Positions 17,166-28,565 of a DNA stretch of 38,824 bases are shown here, in pieces (the first letter of the stretch is position 1; each line of letters starts with the position of its first letter). A model generated the notes under the pieces. The model made no database searches, was not told the DNA's origin, and saw only the letters and a program-made list of their open reading frames with translations. The position numbers and the translations under genes were made by a program. Origin of the DNA: Gammaproteobacteria bacterium (GTDB taxonomy: Bacteria > Pseudomonadota > Gammaproteobacteria > Ga0077536); NCBI GenBank assembly GCA_947450495.1, contig CANFVX010000003.1:1-38824 (forward strand). The letters are read 5' to 3'.

Positions 17166-17252
17166 TACGGCTACTCTCGATATTTCACTTGAATAAAGCA
17201 TCGGCGCGGGATACAAAGCCGCCAAAGGGCTTCAGGTGTTCTCGCTATCCCT

Positions 17253-18671
17253 ATGCTTGCGCGGATTTTTCTCGTTTCGCTTCTGGGCTTGACCGGCGTT
17301 AGTGCGGCTGAGGTCACCAAGCTGCGCGCCTGGCAGGCGCCCGACCAGACCCGCCTCGTCTTCGACCTGACCGGCCCCGTCACGTTTGATGTCTTCACGG
17401 TTGCCAACCCCGCCCGGGTGGTGGTGGACCTCTCCCAAGTTTCAAGACACGACGCGCTCGCCCTCGCGACCGTCCTCGACGCTCGCGTGAGCGGTTTCCG
17501 CTACGGGCCGCGGGGGCCGGATGGCCTGCGGGTGGTGTTCGAACTCACGCATCCGGTTAGCGTGCATCAGGCCTTGCTGCCGCCCACAGCGCCGTTTGGG
17601 CACCGGCTGGTGATCGACCTCGCGGATACCGCAACAAGCTCGCCACTGCCCAAACCCAGCCAGCGCGCGCCCGTCAAAGCGACCGTCGCCGCCAAAACCG
17701 AACTCGCGCCCGACTCCTTGCCCAAAGCCAGTCGCGTCACCCCAGTCGCAGCGCTGGGCGCCCCGCCTGGCCCCGCCAGCAAAATCCCCGCCTGGCGTCG
17801 GGACGGCGTGGTGATCGCCATTGATGCCGGCCACGGCGGCGACGATACCGGCGCCATCGGCGCCCATGGCACCTACGAGAAGAGCGTGGTGCTGGAAGTG
17901 GCACGCGAGCTTGCGGCGCTGATCAATCAGCAGCCCGGCATGAAGGCGGTGCTGATTCGCGACGGGGACTACTACATCGGCTTGCGCGAGCGGATGGAGC
18001 GCGCCCGCGACAAACAGGCTGATCTATTCGTTTCCGTGCATGCCGACGCCTTCCGGAACCCGGAAGTGCGCGGTTCATCGGTGTTCGTGCTCTCGCACCG
18101 CGGCGCCACCAGCGAGGCGGCGCGGTGGTTGGCCGAGAAAGAAAACGCGGCGGATTTTGTCGGCGGCCTGACACTGGACGGTAAAGACGAACAGTTAAAG
18201 ACCACCTTGCTGGACCTCTCCCAGAGCGCCTCGCTGGAAACCAGCATGGAAGTTGCCGACGCCGTGCTCACCTCGCTCAAGCGTATCGGACCGCTGCATT
18301 TCCAGAGAATTCAGCAGGCGGGTTTTATGGTGCTGAAGTCCCCCGACATCCCGTCGCTGCTGGTGGAAACCGCCTTCATCAGTAATCCCGATGAAGAGCA
18401 GCGCCTGCGTAATCAGGCGTTTCGTGAAAAATTGGCGGGCGCGATCCGCGACGGCTTGATGGCCTACTTTGATGACAGGGAGTCGAAAGGGCGGGTGGCC
18501 TCGCACCGGGCGGCGGAATCCCCGATCGCCAGCCGTCAGCATCGGGTGAATCCGGGGGAAACCCTGTCAGGGATTGCGCTGCGCTACGACGTGCCGGCCC
18601 AGAAAATTCGGCTAGCCAACAATCTGGAAGACGACACCGTGCGCAGCGGCGAACTGCTGCGGATCCCCTGA
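17253..18671 (+). CDS. amiB: N-acetylmuramoyl-L-alanine amidase (AMIN + Amidase_3 + LysM)
   Basis: Signal peptide, TRLVFDL…PARVVVDL AMIN domain, IDAGHGG, SVHADA, LVETAFISN, C-terminal LysM HRVNPGETLSGIA; tsaE-amiB-mutL synteny. Confidence 0.92.
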   Translation: MLARIFLVSLLGLTGVSAAEVTKLRAWQAPDQTRLVFDLTGPVTFDVFTVANPARVVVDLSQVSRHDALALATVLDARVSGFRYGPRGPDGLRVVFELTHPVSVHQALLPPTAPFGHRLVIDLADTATSSPLPKPSQRAPVKATVAAKTELAPDSLPKASRVTPVAALGAPPGPASKIPAWRRDGVVIAIDAGHGGDDTGAIGAHGTYEKSVVLEVARELAALINQQPGMKAVLIRDGDYYIGLRERMERARDKQADLFVSVHADAFRNPEVRGSSVFVLSHRGATSEAARWLAEKENAADFVGGLTLDGKDEQLKTTLLDLSQSASLETSMEVADAVLTSLKRIGPLHFQRIQQAGFMVLKSPDIPSLLVETAFISNPDEEQRLRNQAFREKLAGAIRDGLMAYFDDRESKGRVASHRAAESPIASRQHRVNPGETLSGIALRYDVPAQKIRLANNLEDDTVRSGELLRIP

Positions 18672-18796
18672 GCGCACGCTGGGTGGAGTGATCTGCTGGG
18701 CGAGAAGGGCGACTGCCGCGGGCTGTTAACGCCTGCGCGCCGCGCTTGATGCTTTGCCATCCTTGGCGTGCCACCGCCTGCGCTACACTCCGGCCC

Positions 18797-20467
18797 ATGT
18801 CCAGCGCCCGCATCCGCCAGCTTTCCGAGACTCTCATCAACCAGATCGCCGCCGGCGAGGTGGTTGAACGCCCGATGTCCATCGTCAAGGAACTGGTGGA
18901 AAACAGCCTCGATGCCGAGGCGACCCGGATCGAGGTGGAAATTGAGGACGGCGGGATTCGGCGCCTGCTGGTCCGCGACAATGGTCGCGGCATTCCGGCC
19001 GACCAGATGAGTCTGGCGCTGCAGCGCCATTGCACCAGCAAGCTGCAATCGATTGATCAACTCGGGCGGCTGGTGTCGCTGGGGTTTCGGGGCGAGGCGC
19101 TGGCCGCGATTGCCGCCGTGAGCGACCTCACGCTGTCGTCGCGCACGGCGGAAGACCCTCACGCCTGGCAGTTGGCGCCCGATGGTCGCGGCGGGGCGGG
19201 GACGGTGGCACCGACCGCTCATCCGCAGGGCACGAGCATCGAAGTGCGGGACCTGTTCGCCCGCCTGCCGGCCCGACGCCGATTCCTGCGCCAGCCGCAA
19301 ACCGAGTGGCTGCATGTGCTTCAACTGCTGCGACGGATGGCTTTTTGCGCCCCCTTGGTGAGCTTCTCGGTGTTTAACGAAGGCCAGCGCGCGCTGACCG
19401 TGCCGGCGGCGGTCGATGAGGTGTCGGCCGCGCGGCGACTCCGGGCCCTGTTTGGCAGCGAGTTCGCCGCCGCCGCGCGCGATGTAGATACCGCCAACGA
19501 GCGGCTGCGTGTGTTTGGCTATGTGGCAGGTCCTGAACTGGCCCGCAGCCAGCATGACCTGCAGATGCTGGCCGTGAACGGGCGGGTGATTCGCGACCGC
19601 CAATTGGCCCACGCCATCCGCCTCGCCTACGAGGACGCGCTGCCCGAAGGCCGTCACCCCTGCTACGCGCTGCAACTGGAAATCAGGCCGGAGGACGTTG
19701 ATGTGAACGTGCATCCGGGCAAGCTCGAAGTGCGCTTTCGAGACTTGCGGGAGGTCCATGATCTGGTCCACTCCGCCGTGCGGACCGCGCTCAGGACGGC
19801 GCCTGAAACCCCGTCGCTGGTGAGCTACCGGCCGCCTGCTTTTGCCGCCCAGCCAACGCTGGGGCTTGGCAGCGTGCAGGCCCGCGAAACATCGCACCCG
19901 ACCAGCCCGCGGCGGGACGCGCCGGACCCGGAGACCGAATGGCTGACCCTGCTGGCCGAACGCTACGCCGTGCTGCGCGAAGGCCAGTCGCTCGTGCTGG
20001 TCGACCTGATCGGCTTTGTACAGCGGGTGCTGGCGGCCCGGATGCGGAGCGAAATGCAGGCAAGCACGAGTGTCCCCAGCCGGCCGCTGCTGTTTCCGGT
20101 GCGCATCGAGTGCGCGGACGAAGCCGCCGCCCAGCGACTTGGCGCCGATTTGCAGGCGCTGGGTCTGACGCTGAATCCGCTGGGCCCGAAAACGCTCGCG
20201 CTGCGCGCCTTGCCCCGCGTGGTGCCCGACGTAGACGCCGAACGCTTGGGGCGCGCGCTGGCCGCCGGTAGCGGCGTCGGCACGAGTGATGATCTGGCGG
20301 TGGCGCTGGCCGCGGCGGTGACGATTCCCGGGCTCGCCAACGATAGGGCCGCGTGGTGGCAGCGCTGGCTTGCGCAGGCCAGCGAGGCGGGCATTGCGCC
20401 CGAGCCTTTCATCCGCCGTCTGGACGCTGCCGCTCTGGATCAGCTCACCGGGCGCCGGGATGGCTGA
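18797..20467 (+). CDS. mutL: DNA mismatch repair protein MutL (divergent C-terminal domain)
   Basis: NQIAAGEVVERP..VKELVENSLDA, DNGRGI, LGFRGEAL, DVNVHP.KLEVRF. Confidence 0.95.
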   Translation: MSSARIRQLSETLINQIAAGEVVERPMSIVKELVENSLDAEATRIEVEIEDGGIRRLLVRDNGRGIPADQMSLALQRHCTSKLQSIDQLGRLVSLGFRGEALAAIAAVSDLTLSSRTAEDPHAWQLAPDGRGGAGTVAPTAHPQGTSIEVRDLFARLPARRRFLRQPQTEWLHVLQLLRRMAFCAPLVSFSVFNEGQRALTVPAAVDEVSAARRLRALFGSEFAAAARDVDTANERLRVFGYVAGPELARSQHDLQMLAVNGRVIRDRQLAHAIRLAYEDALPEGRHPCYALQLEIRPEDVDVNVHPGKLEVRFRDLREVHDLVHSAVRTALRTAPETPSLVSYRPPAFAAQPTLGLGSVQARETSHPTSPRRDAPDPETEWLTLLAERYAVLREGQSLVLVDLIGFVQRVLAARMRSEMQASTSVPSRPLLFPVRIECADEAAAQRLGADLQALGLTLNPLGPKTLALRALPRVVPDVDAERLGRALAAGSGVGTSDDLAVALAAAVTIPGLANDRAAWWQRWLAQASEAGIAPEPFIRRLDAAALDQLTGRRDG

Positions 20468-21413
20468 GGGGGCGTCCGCGCCGCGAGCCGTTCACTGCCT
20501 GATGGGACCGACGGGCGCGGGCAAGACTGCGCTTGCCCTGTGGCTCGCCGAGCGCTTGCCGCTGGAAATCATCAGCGTTGATTCGGCGCTGGTGTATCGG
20601 GGGATGGACATCGGCACCGCGAAACCGGATCCCGGCGCCTTGCGCCGCGTGCCACACCACCTCATTGACGTGTGTGAGCCGCAGGACGCCTATTCAGTGG
20701 CTCGCTTTTGCGCCGACGCCAGCACGGCGATTGCGGAGATTGAAGCGCGGGGACGGCTGCCCTTGCTGGTGGGCGGGACGGGCCTGTATCTCCGCCGACT
20801 CGAAACCGGCATCGCGGACATGCCGCCGGTGCCGGAGGCAGTGCGCACCACGCTCACCGCAGAGTGGCGGGCGCAGGGCGGCGCCGCGCTGCATGCAAGT
20901 CTCGCGACAGTGGATCCGGCAAGCGCCGCCCGGATTCATCCCAACGACCCGCAACGGATTATCCGGGCGCTGTCGATCTGGCGCGTAAGTGGTCGCGCAA
21001 TGTCCTCCTTTCTGCAGGCCCAGACGGCGCCGACGGCGCGCCGCTTTCACAAATGGGTGTTGGCCCCGCCGGACCGCACAGGCTTGCGACTGGGGCTGGC
21101 CGCCCGCTTTGAGCAGATGCTGGAGCGAGGGCTGGTGAACGAAGTGATGGCCCTGCGGGCCCGCCCGGGCATGAGTCTCGATTGCCCCGCCATGCGCGCG
21201 GTGGGGTACCGCGAGGTGTGGGCCTATCTCGATGGCGAGCTCTCGTGTGCGCAAATGCGCGAGCGGGCCATCATCAGCACCGGGCAGTACGCCAAGCGCC
21301 AGTACACCTGGTTTCGCGCCGAAGCTGAGGCCATCTGGCTTGACGCTGCGCAAGAGGAAACGCGCACTCAGCTGATCCAGACCCTGCTCGAGTCGGCCCA
21401 ATCAGGCGCCTGA
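20460..21413 (+). CDS. miaA: tRNA dimethylallyltransferase
   Basis: GPTGAGKT, ISVDSALVYRGMDIGTAKP, PHHLID, VGGTGLY, HPNDPQRIIRAL, AKRQYTW. Confidence 0.97.
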   Translation: MAEGASAPRAVHCLMGPTGAGKTALALWLAERLPLEIISVDSALVYRGMDIGTAKPDPGALRRVPHHLIDVCEPQDAYSVARFCADASTAIAEIEARGRLPLLVGGTGLYLRRLETGIADMPPVPEAVRTTLTAEWRAQGGAALHASLATVDPASAARIHPNDPQRIIRALSIWRVSGRAMSSFLQAQTAPTARRFHKWVLAPPDRTGLRLGLAARFEQMLERGLVNEVMALRARPGMSLDCPAMRAVGYREVWAYLDGELSCAQMRERAIISTGQYAKRQYTWFRAEAEAIWLDAAQEETRTQLIQTLLESAQSGA

Positions 21414-21557
21414 TTGGGTATACTCCGGACGCTCCTGTGGCATTTGCAGACCGATGACGGGTCTGCGTTTACCCAGCTCTCGCCGCCCGCTTAATTGGGT
21501 GGGAGGCGGCGTCAACCTGCAGGAGCCAATGGTGTACATAAAAAAATGGAGACTCAC

Positions 21558-21800
21558 ATGAGCAAAGGCCAATCCCTTCAGGAGCCTTACCTGAACGCCC
21601 TGCGCAAAGAGCGCGTTCCCGTTTCGATTTACCTCGTCAATGGCATCAAGTTGCAGGGGCAAATCGAATCCTTCGATCAATTCGTCATCCTGCTCAAGAA
21701 TTCCGTCAGCCAGATGGTTTACAAGCACGCTATCTCAACCGTGGTGCCAGCCCGCAACGTCAAGTTGCCGCGCGCCGATGGCGAGCCCGAGGAGGAATAA
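21558..21800 (+). CDS. hfq: RNA chaperone Hfq
   Basis: [42 protein letters not shown]…[10 protein letters not shown]; GGAG RBS. Confidence 0.99.
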   Translation: MSKGQSLQEPYLNALRKERVPVSIYLVNGIKLQGQIESFDQFVILLKNSVSQMVYKHAISTVVPARNVKLPRADGEPEEE

Positions 21801-21815
21801 TCACCTTGGTTTCCC

Positions 21816-23126
21816 TTGCTTGACCGTCCGCGGGGCGGTGAACGCGCCGTCCTCGTCAATGTCGCGCTGGCCCCGCCGGCGTCTGGCTGCGATGTCGAAG
21901 AATTCGCCGAGCTTGCCGCCTCTGCGGGGGTAGATTGCGTCGCGACGATGGCGGCACGCCGCGATCGTCCCGACCCCAAGCACTTCCTCGGCACCGGCAA
22001 GGCAGAAGAACTCAAGGCGCTGGTGGCAGACAGCGAGGCTGAAGTGGTCTTGTTTGACCGCACGCTCTCGCCCGCGCAGGAGCGCAATCTCGAACGACTG
22101 GTCTGTTGCCGGGTGCTGGATCGCACCGGGCTGATTCTCGACATCTTCGCCCAGCGCGCCCGCTCCTTCGAAGGTCAACTGCAGGTTGAAATGGCCCAGC
22201 TGAAGCACCTTTCTACGCGTCTGGTTCGCGGCTGGAGCCATCTGGAACGGCAACGCGGCGGTATTGGCTTGCGGGGGCCGGGTGAAACCCAGCTGGAGAC
22301 CGACCGTCGCCTCATTGGCATCCGGATCAAGCAGCTGCATGACAGGCTGGACAAGGTTCGCCGGCAGCGGCAGCAGGGTGGTCGGGCCCGGCGCCGGGCC
22401 TCGCTCTCTGTGACGGCACTGGTGGGGTACACCAACGCGGGCAAATCCACCTTGTTTAACGCGCTCACCAGCAGCGATATCTACGCCGCCGACCAGTTGT
22501 TCGCGACGCTAGACACCACGCTGCGTCGAATGAATGTGCCCGGCGAACACCCGGTGCTATTGAGTGACACGGTGGGCTTTATTCGCGATTTGCCGCCCGA
22601 TTTGGTGGCCGCCTTTCAGGGCACGCTGGAGGAAACCCGCGACGCCACCTTGCTGCTCCACGTGATTGATTGCTGTGCTGAAGACATAGAGGTCAAGCGC
22701 GATGAAGTGCTCTCGGTGCTGGAGCGCGTAGGCGCCGGCGAGCAGCCGATTTTGGAGGTCTACAACAAAATCGACCTCAATCCGGCCTTTGAGCCGCGCA
22801 TCGATCGCGGGGCCGGCGGTGAACCGGTGGCGGTATGGGTGTCGGCCCGGACCGGCGCCGGGCTGGACCTGTTGCGCGCGGCGGTGGCGGCCCGGCTGGA
22901 CGAAACCAAGCAGGTGCGCCAGCTCGTCCTCGCCCCCCGCGAAGGCCGACTTCGGGCCCAGCTTTACGCCATGGGCGCGGTGTTAGAGGAATCGATTGGC
23001 GAAGAGGGCGAATGGATCCTGGAGGCAAACCTGAGCATCGAGCGCTGGGGGCGGCTGTTTGCCGAACATCCGGCACTCGCGCCGGCGGATTACGCGCATG
23101 GATCTGACGCCGACGAGTGGGACTGA
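21816..23126 (+). CDS. hflX: GTPase HflX
   Basis: LSPAQERNLE, GPGETQLETDRR, GYTNAGKSTL, LFATLD, DTVGF, NKID; TTG start. Confidence 0.97.
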   Translation: MLDRPRGGERAVLVNVALAPPASGCDVEEFAELAASAGVDCVATMAARRDRPDPKHFLGTGKAEELKALVADSEAEVVLFDRTLSPAQERNLERLVCCRVLDRTGLILDIFAQRARSFEGQLQVEMAQLKHLSTRLVRGWSHLERQRGGIGLRGPGETQLETDRRLIGIRIKQLHDRLDKVRRQRQQGGRARRRASLSVTALVGYTNAGKSTLFNALTSSDIYAADQLFATLDTTLRRMNVPGEHPVLLSDTVGFIRDLPPDLVAAFQGTLEETRDATLLLHVIDCCAEDIEVKRDEVLSVLERVGAGEQPILEVYNKIDLNPAFEPRIDRGAGGEPVAVWVSARTGAGLDLLRAAVAARLDETKQVRQLVLAPREGRLRAQLYAMGAVLEESIGEEGEWILEANLSIERWGRLFAEHPALAPADYAHGSDADEWD

Positions 23127-23210
23127 TCCCCTGCAGTCTCGCGTTGCCCTGCAAAGCAGCACGCACTTACAATCCCCACCCTATTCACGTCCCTACCCCG
23201 AGAGTTCCCT

Positions 23211-24362
23211 ATGGCCTGGAATGATTCCAATAACGGCAACGACCGTGACCCCTGGGGAGGCCGACGTAACGATCAGGGTCCGCCCGATCTCGACGAGGTG
23301 CTGCGTAAGTTCCGGCAGCGCTTGAGCGCCGTGTTTGGCGGGCCGCGCCGACCCGCTGGCGGCGGTGGCGGCAGCGAGAATGTACCGGGTGCCGGTGTCT
23401 TCGCGATGGCCGCGCTGGCGCTGGGCGTACTCTTGCTCGGCGCCGAAATGTTCTGGCAGATCGAGCCCGCCGAGCGGGGCGTGGTCTTGCGCTTCGGCCA
23501 GTACAAAACCACGCTGGAACCGGGCCCGCATCTGCGCTTCCCACGCCCGATCGAAACTGTCATTCGGGTCAACATCGACCAAATCCGCGCGTTTCCCGTG
23601 AACGCCACCATGCTCACCCAGGACGAGAACATCGTCGACGTGCAGATTGCCGTGCAGTACCGGCTGAAGGACGTCACCAGCTACCTGCTCGAAATCGCCG
23701 ACCCCGACGCCTCGGTGCAGCGCGTGGCGGAAAGCGCGATTCGCGATGTCATCGGCACCAGCACATTTGATTACGTGATTGGCGAAGGGCGCGCCGAAAT
23801 CGCGCTCAAGGCCACCGAACTCATGCAGCAGATGCTGGACACCTACAAATCCGGGATCGCGGTTACCAGCGTGAACCTGCTTTCCGCTAATCCGCCGGAA
23901 GAAGTGAAAGCCGCCTACGACGACGCTATTAAGGCGCGCGAAGACGAGCAGCGCAAAATCAACGAGGCGCAGGCCTACAGCAACGAGGTGACCGAGCGCG
24001 CGGCGGGTAACGCGGACCGCGTGCGCCTCGAGTCGCAGGCTTACAAAGAGCAGGTCGCGGCACGGGCAGAAGGCGATGCCCGACGCTTTAACCAGCTGGT
24101 GACGGAGTATCAAAAGGCGCCTGAAGTCACCCGCGATCGCCTTTACTACGACACCATGCAGGCCGTGTTGCTGAACAGCTCCAAAGTGCTGGTGGATGGC
24201 AAGACCGGGAGCAATATCAACATGCTGCCGCTCGATAAGCTGATGGGCCGCGTGCCAACACCGACTGACCCGGTTGCGGCGTCGCCCGTCGAGGCAGCGC
24301 CGGCGACTCGCGAAAGCGGTGACCATAATCGTCAGGAAAGCCGCAGCCGGGGGCAACGCTAA
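23211..24362 (+). CDS. hflK: FtsH modulator HflK
   Basis: MAWN…DPWG…QGPPDLDE, MLTQDENIV, PEEVKAAYDDAIKARED, APEVTRDRLY. Confidence 0.97.
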   Translation: MAWNDSNNGNDRDPWGGRRNDQGPPDLDEVLRKFRQRLSAVFGGPRRPAGGGGGSENVPGAGVFAMAALALGVLLLGAEMFWQIEPAERGVVLRFGQYKTTLEPGPHLRFPRPIETVIRVNIDQIRAFPVNATMLTQDENIVDVQIAVQYRLKDVTSYLLEIADPDASVQRVAESAIRDVIGTSTFDYVIGEGRAEIALKATELMQQMLDTYKSGIAVTSVNLLSANPPEEVKAAYDDAIKAREDEQRKINEAQAYSNEVTERAAGNADRVRLESQAYKEQVAARAEGDARRFNQLVTEYQKAPEVTRDRLYYDTMQAVLLNSSKVLVDGKTGSNINMLPLDKLMGRVPTPTDPVAASPVEAAPATRESGDHNRQESRSRGQR

Positions 24363-25222
24363 TGGCCAGTCGCATCATTATTGGGATTTTGTTTCTCGTT
24401 GCCGTGCTGTGGTCTTGCACGTTCCGGGTGTTCGAGCAGGAGCGCGCGGTGCTCTTTCAGCTTGGCGAAATCAAACAGGCTGACTACCCGCCAGGCCTGC
24501 ACTTCCTGATTCCCATCTATCAGAACGTGCGCAAGTTCGATGGGCGTTTGCAGACGCTGGATTCTGAACCGCAGCGCTTTCTCACCGGCGAAAAGAAAGA
24601 CGTGATCGTCGATTCCTTCGTGCGCTGGCGCGTCAAGGATGTCGTGAAGTTCTATCTGTCGACCGGCGGTGACCCGCGGCGTGCGGGTTTGCTGGTGTAC
24701 CAGAAGATTAACGACGCGCTGCGCGTGGAGTTCGGCAAGCGCAAGGTGCAGGAAGTGGTGGCCGGACAGCGGGGCGCCATTCTCGACATTGTGAATGCCA
24801 AGGCTGCAGAGCGCGGGCAGGAACTGGGGATTGAGGTGGTGGACGTACGCGTGAAGCGCATCGACCTGCCGGCGGAAGTGAGCAACGCGGTGTACGAGCG
24901 CATGCGCGCCGAGCGGGCGCGGGTGGCGCGTGAACTCCGGGCGCGCGGCGAGAAAGAAGCGATCCGGATTCGCGCCGACACCGACCGGCAGGCGACCGTC
25001 ATCGCGGCCGAAGCCTATCGGGACGGCGAAACCCTGCGCGGTGAAGGGGACGCCAAGGCCTCGCAGATTTATGCCACAGCCTATGCGCGCGATGCCGGTT
25101 TTTATGAGTTTTATCGCAGCCTCGGGGTTTATCGGGACAGCTTCAAGGATAAGGCCGATGTGCTGGTACTGGCGCCTGACTCAGCCTTGTTCAAGTACTT
25201 CAGGGACCCAAGCCCGCGTTAG
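24362..25222 (+). CDS. hflC: FtsH modulator HflC
   Basis: PGLHF, FLTGEKKDVIVD, DVRVKRIDLP, RMRAER, RGEGDA, FYEFYRSL; TAATG overlap with hflK. Confidence 0.97.
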   Translation: MASRIIIGILFLVAVLWSCTFRVFEQERAVLFQLGEIKQADYPPGLHFLIPIYQNVRKFDGRLQTLDSEPQRFLTGEKKDVIVDSFVRWRVKDVVKFYLSTGGDPRRAGLLVYQKINDALRVEFGKRKVQEVVAGQRGAILDIVNAKAAERGQELGIEVVDVRVKRIDLPAEVSNAVYERMRAERARVARELRARGEKEAIRIRADTDRQATVIAAEAYRDGETLRGEGDAKASQIYATAYARDAGFYEFYRSLGVYRDSFKDKADVLVLAPDSALFKYFRDPSPR

Positions 25223-25242
25223 CTGCGGGCCAGTCTCGACCC

Positions 25243-25428
25243 GTGTGGCATGACCTGATGGCGGCAAGCGCGCTGGTGCTGGTATTGGAAGGCATGCTGC
25301 CTTTTCTCAGCCCAGCTCGTTATCGAACGGTGATGGTGCAGGTGCTCGCGCTCGGCGATGTCGCCTTGCGCCGGCTGGGCTTGCTCAGCATGATTGCCGG
25401 CGTTTTAGTTCTTTATTCCGTGAGATAG
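25243..25428 (+). CDS. DUF2065 (YjeT) small membrane protein
   Basis: ALVLVLEGMLPFLSP…LRRLGL; conserved position between hflC and hisZ/purA. Confidence 0.88.
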   Translation: MWHDLMAASALVLVLEGMLPFLSPARYRTVMVQVLALGDVALRRLGLLSMIAGVLVLYSVR

Positions 25429-25431
25429 TTG

Positions 25432-26610
25432 ATGGCGCGCGATAGTCGTTGGTTGTTGCCTGATGGAGTCGACGAGATCATTCCGCCGCATGCGGCAATG
25501 ATCGAACAACTTCGCCGTCATCTGCTGGATGTCATTGCCACCTGGGGCTATGCGCTGTGCATCCCCGCGACGGTGGAGTTTCTGGACGCGCTGGTGTCCG
25601 GCGGCGGGGACGACCTCGAACTGCAGACTTTCAAACTCACCGATCAGGTCAGCGGGCGCCTGCTCGGCATCCCGGCCGATATGACGCCTCAAATCGCGCG
25701 CATCGACGCTCACCGCATCAATGCCGAAACCCCCACCAGGCTGTGCTACAACGGCCCCATCCTCCACACCATGCCGGATAAATTTGCCGGCTCGCGTAAT
25801 CCGCTCCAGCTGGGCGCCGAACTCTATGGCCACGCCGGCATTGAGAGCGACGCCGAAGTCATTGCGCTGATGGTGGAAGTGCTGGCGGCGGCCGGCGTCG
25901 GTGAGGTCACTCTCGATCTGGGCCACATGGGGATTTTCCATGGGCTGGCCGAAGCCGCTGCGCTTGATGCCGCCGGCGAGGAACGGCTGCTGGACGTGTT
26001 GCTCCGCAAGGCCACCTGCGAAATGTCAGAAGTGCTGGCCGAGGTGCAAGGTCCCGCAGCGGGATGGTTGTCGGCCTTGCTGGCACTGAACGGCGACGCC
26101 AGCGTGCTGGCGCGCGCCAAACTCGTACTGGCGGGCGCACCCGATACGGTACGTCAGGCGATTGAAGATCTCGACGCGCTAGTGGTGCTGCTCACCCAGC
26201 GCTGCCCCAGTCTGGATGTGCATGTGGATCTTGCGGACCTCCGGGGATATCGCTACCACACCGGCGTGATGTTTGCCGCCTATACGTTGCGCATGGGGCG
26301 TCCGATTGCTTGGGGCGGGCGCTACGACAATATCGGCGCGCGTTACGGCCGCGCCCGCGCGGCGACCGGCTTCAGCACCGATCTCAAACTATTGGCCGCC
26401 CTCGCGGCCGTACCGCCGGCCAACACCAGCGCGATTCTGGCGCCGGCAGGTTCGGCCGCCGATTTGCTCGGCGCCATGGCGGCGCTCCGCGCGAGCGGCC
26501 AGCAGGTCATTCAGGCACTGCCGGGACAATCGGGCGGCGCACGGGAGATGGGCTGCACCAGCGAACTTGTACTGACCGACGGACACTGGGTCGTCACAAC
26601 CAGCCCTTGA
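25432..26610 (+). CDS. hisZ: ATP phosphoribosyltransferase regulatory subunit
   Basis: RWLLPDG, ADMTPQIARIDAH, RLCY.G, QLGAELYG, GYRYHTG, GGRYD, ATGFS; upstream of purA. Confidence 0.94.
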   Translation: MARDSRWLLPDGVDEIIPPHAAMIEQLRRHLLDVIATWGYALCIPATVEFLDALVSGGGDDLELQTFKLTDQVSGRLLGIPADMTPQIARIDAHRINAETPTRLCYNGPILHTMPDKFAGSRNPLQLGAELYGHAGIESDAEVIALMVEVLAAAGVGEVTLDLGHMGIFHGLAEAAALDAAGEERLLDVLLRKATCEMSEVLAEVQGPAAGWLSALLALNGDASVLARAKLVLAGAPDTVRQAIEDLDALVVLLTQRCPSLDVHVDLADLRGYRYHTGVMFAAYTLRMGRPIAWGGRYDNIGARYGRARAATGFSTDLKLLAALAAVPPANTSAILAPAGSAADLLGAMAALRASGQQVIQALPGQSGGAREMGCTSELVLTDGHWVVTTSP

Positions 26611-26637
26611 GGCTGGGCTTACGCGGCGGTCAACTGA

Positions 26638-27960
<1,323 letters not shown>

Positions 27961-27979
27961 GACCGGTGAGTAAAGCCCT

Positions 27980-28561
27980 ATGAGTTTGCCGCAGCCTTTC
28001 AGCATTTTTGGCGAGTGGTTGGCGGAAGCCCAAACGCGCGAGCCCAATAACCCTTCGGCGATGTCGGTCGCGACCGTCGGGCCGGGCGGGCGTCCGTCGC
28101 TGCGGATGGTGCTCTTGCGCGGGTTTGATGCGCGCGGCTTTGTCTTCTACACCAACATGGAAAGCCACAAGGGCCACGAGCTGCGCGAGAACGCACAGGT
28201 CGCGCTGTGCTTTCACTGGAAGTCGATGGACCGACAGGTCCGGATCGAAGGGCGCGCGGCGCTGGTGGACGCGGCTGAAGCCGATGCCTACTACCAAAGC
28301 CGCCCGCGCGATTCCCAAATCAGTGCCTGGGCGTCGCGGCAGTCTGAAGTGCTGCCCAGCCGCGAAGTGCTGGAGGCGCGAGTAGAGAAATACAGCGCCT
28401 TATATGCGGTGGGCAAAGTGCCGCGACCGCCGTTCTGGTCCGGTTACCGCGTGGTGCCGGATCTCATCGAACTCTGGGAAGAACGCCCGTTTCGCCTGCA
28501 CGACCGCCACGAATGGCGGCGCGAAGGCCAGGTCTGGACGGACACCCTGCGCTATCCCTAA
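27980..28561 (+). CDS. pdxH: Pyridoxine/pyridoxamine 5'-phosphate oxidase
   Basis: PSLRMVLL, FVFYTN.ESHKG, RQVRIEG, SRPRDSQISAWASRQS, RPPFWSGY, RLHDR. Confidence 0.95.
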   Translation: MSLPQPFSIFGEWLAEAQTREPNNPSAMSVATVGPGGRPSLRMVLLRGFDARGFVFYTNMESHKGHELRENAQVALCFHWKSMDRQVRIEGRAALVDAAEADAYYQSRPRDSQISAWASRQSEVLPSREVLEARVEKYSALYAVGKVPRPPFWSGYRVVPDLIELWEERPFRLHDRHEWRREGQVWTDTLRYP

Positions 28562-28565
28562 AGCC

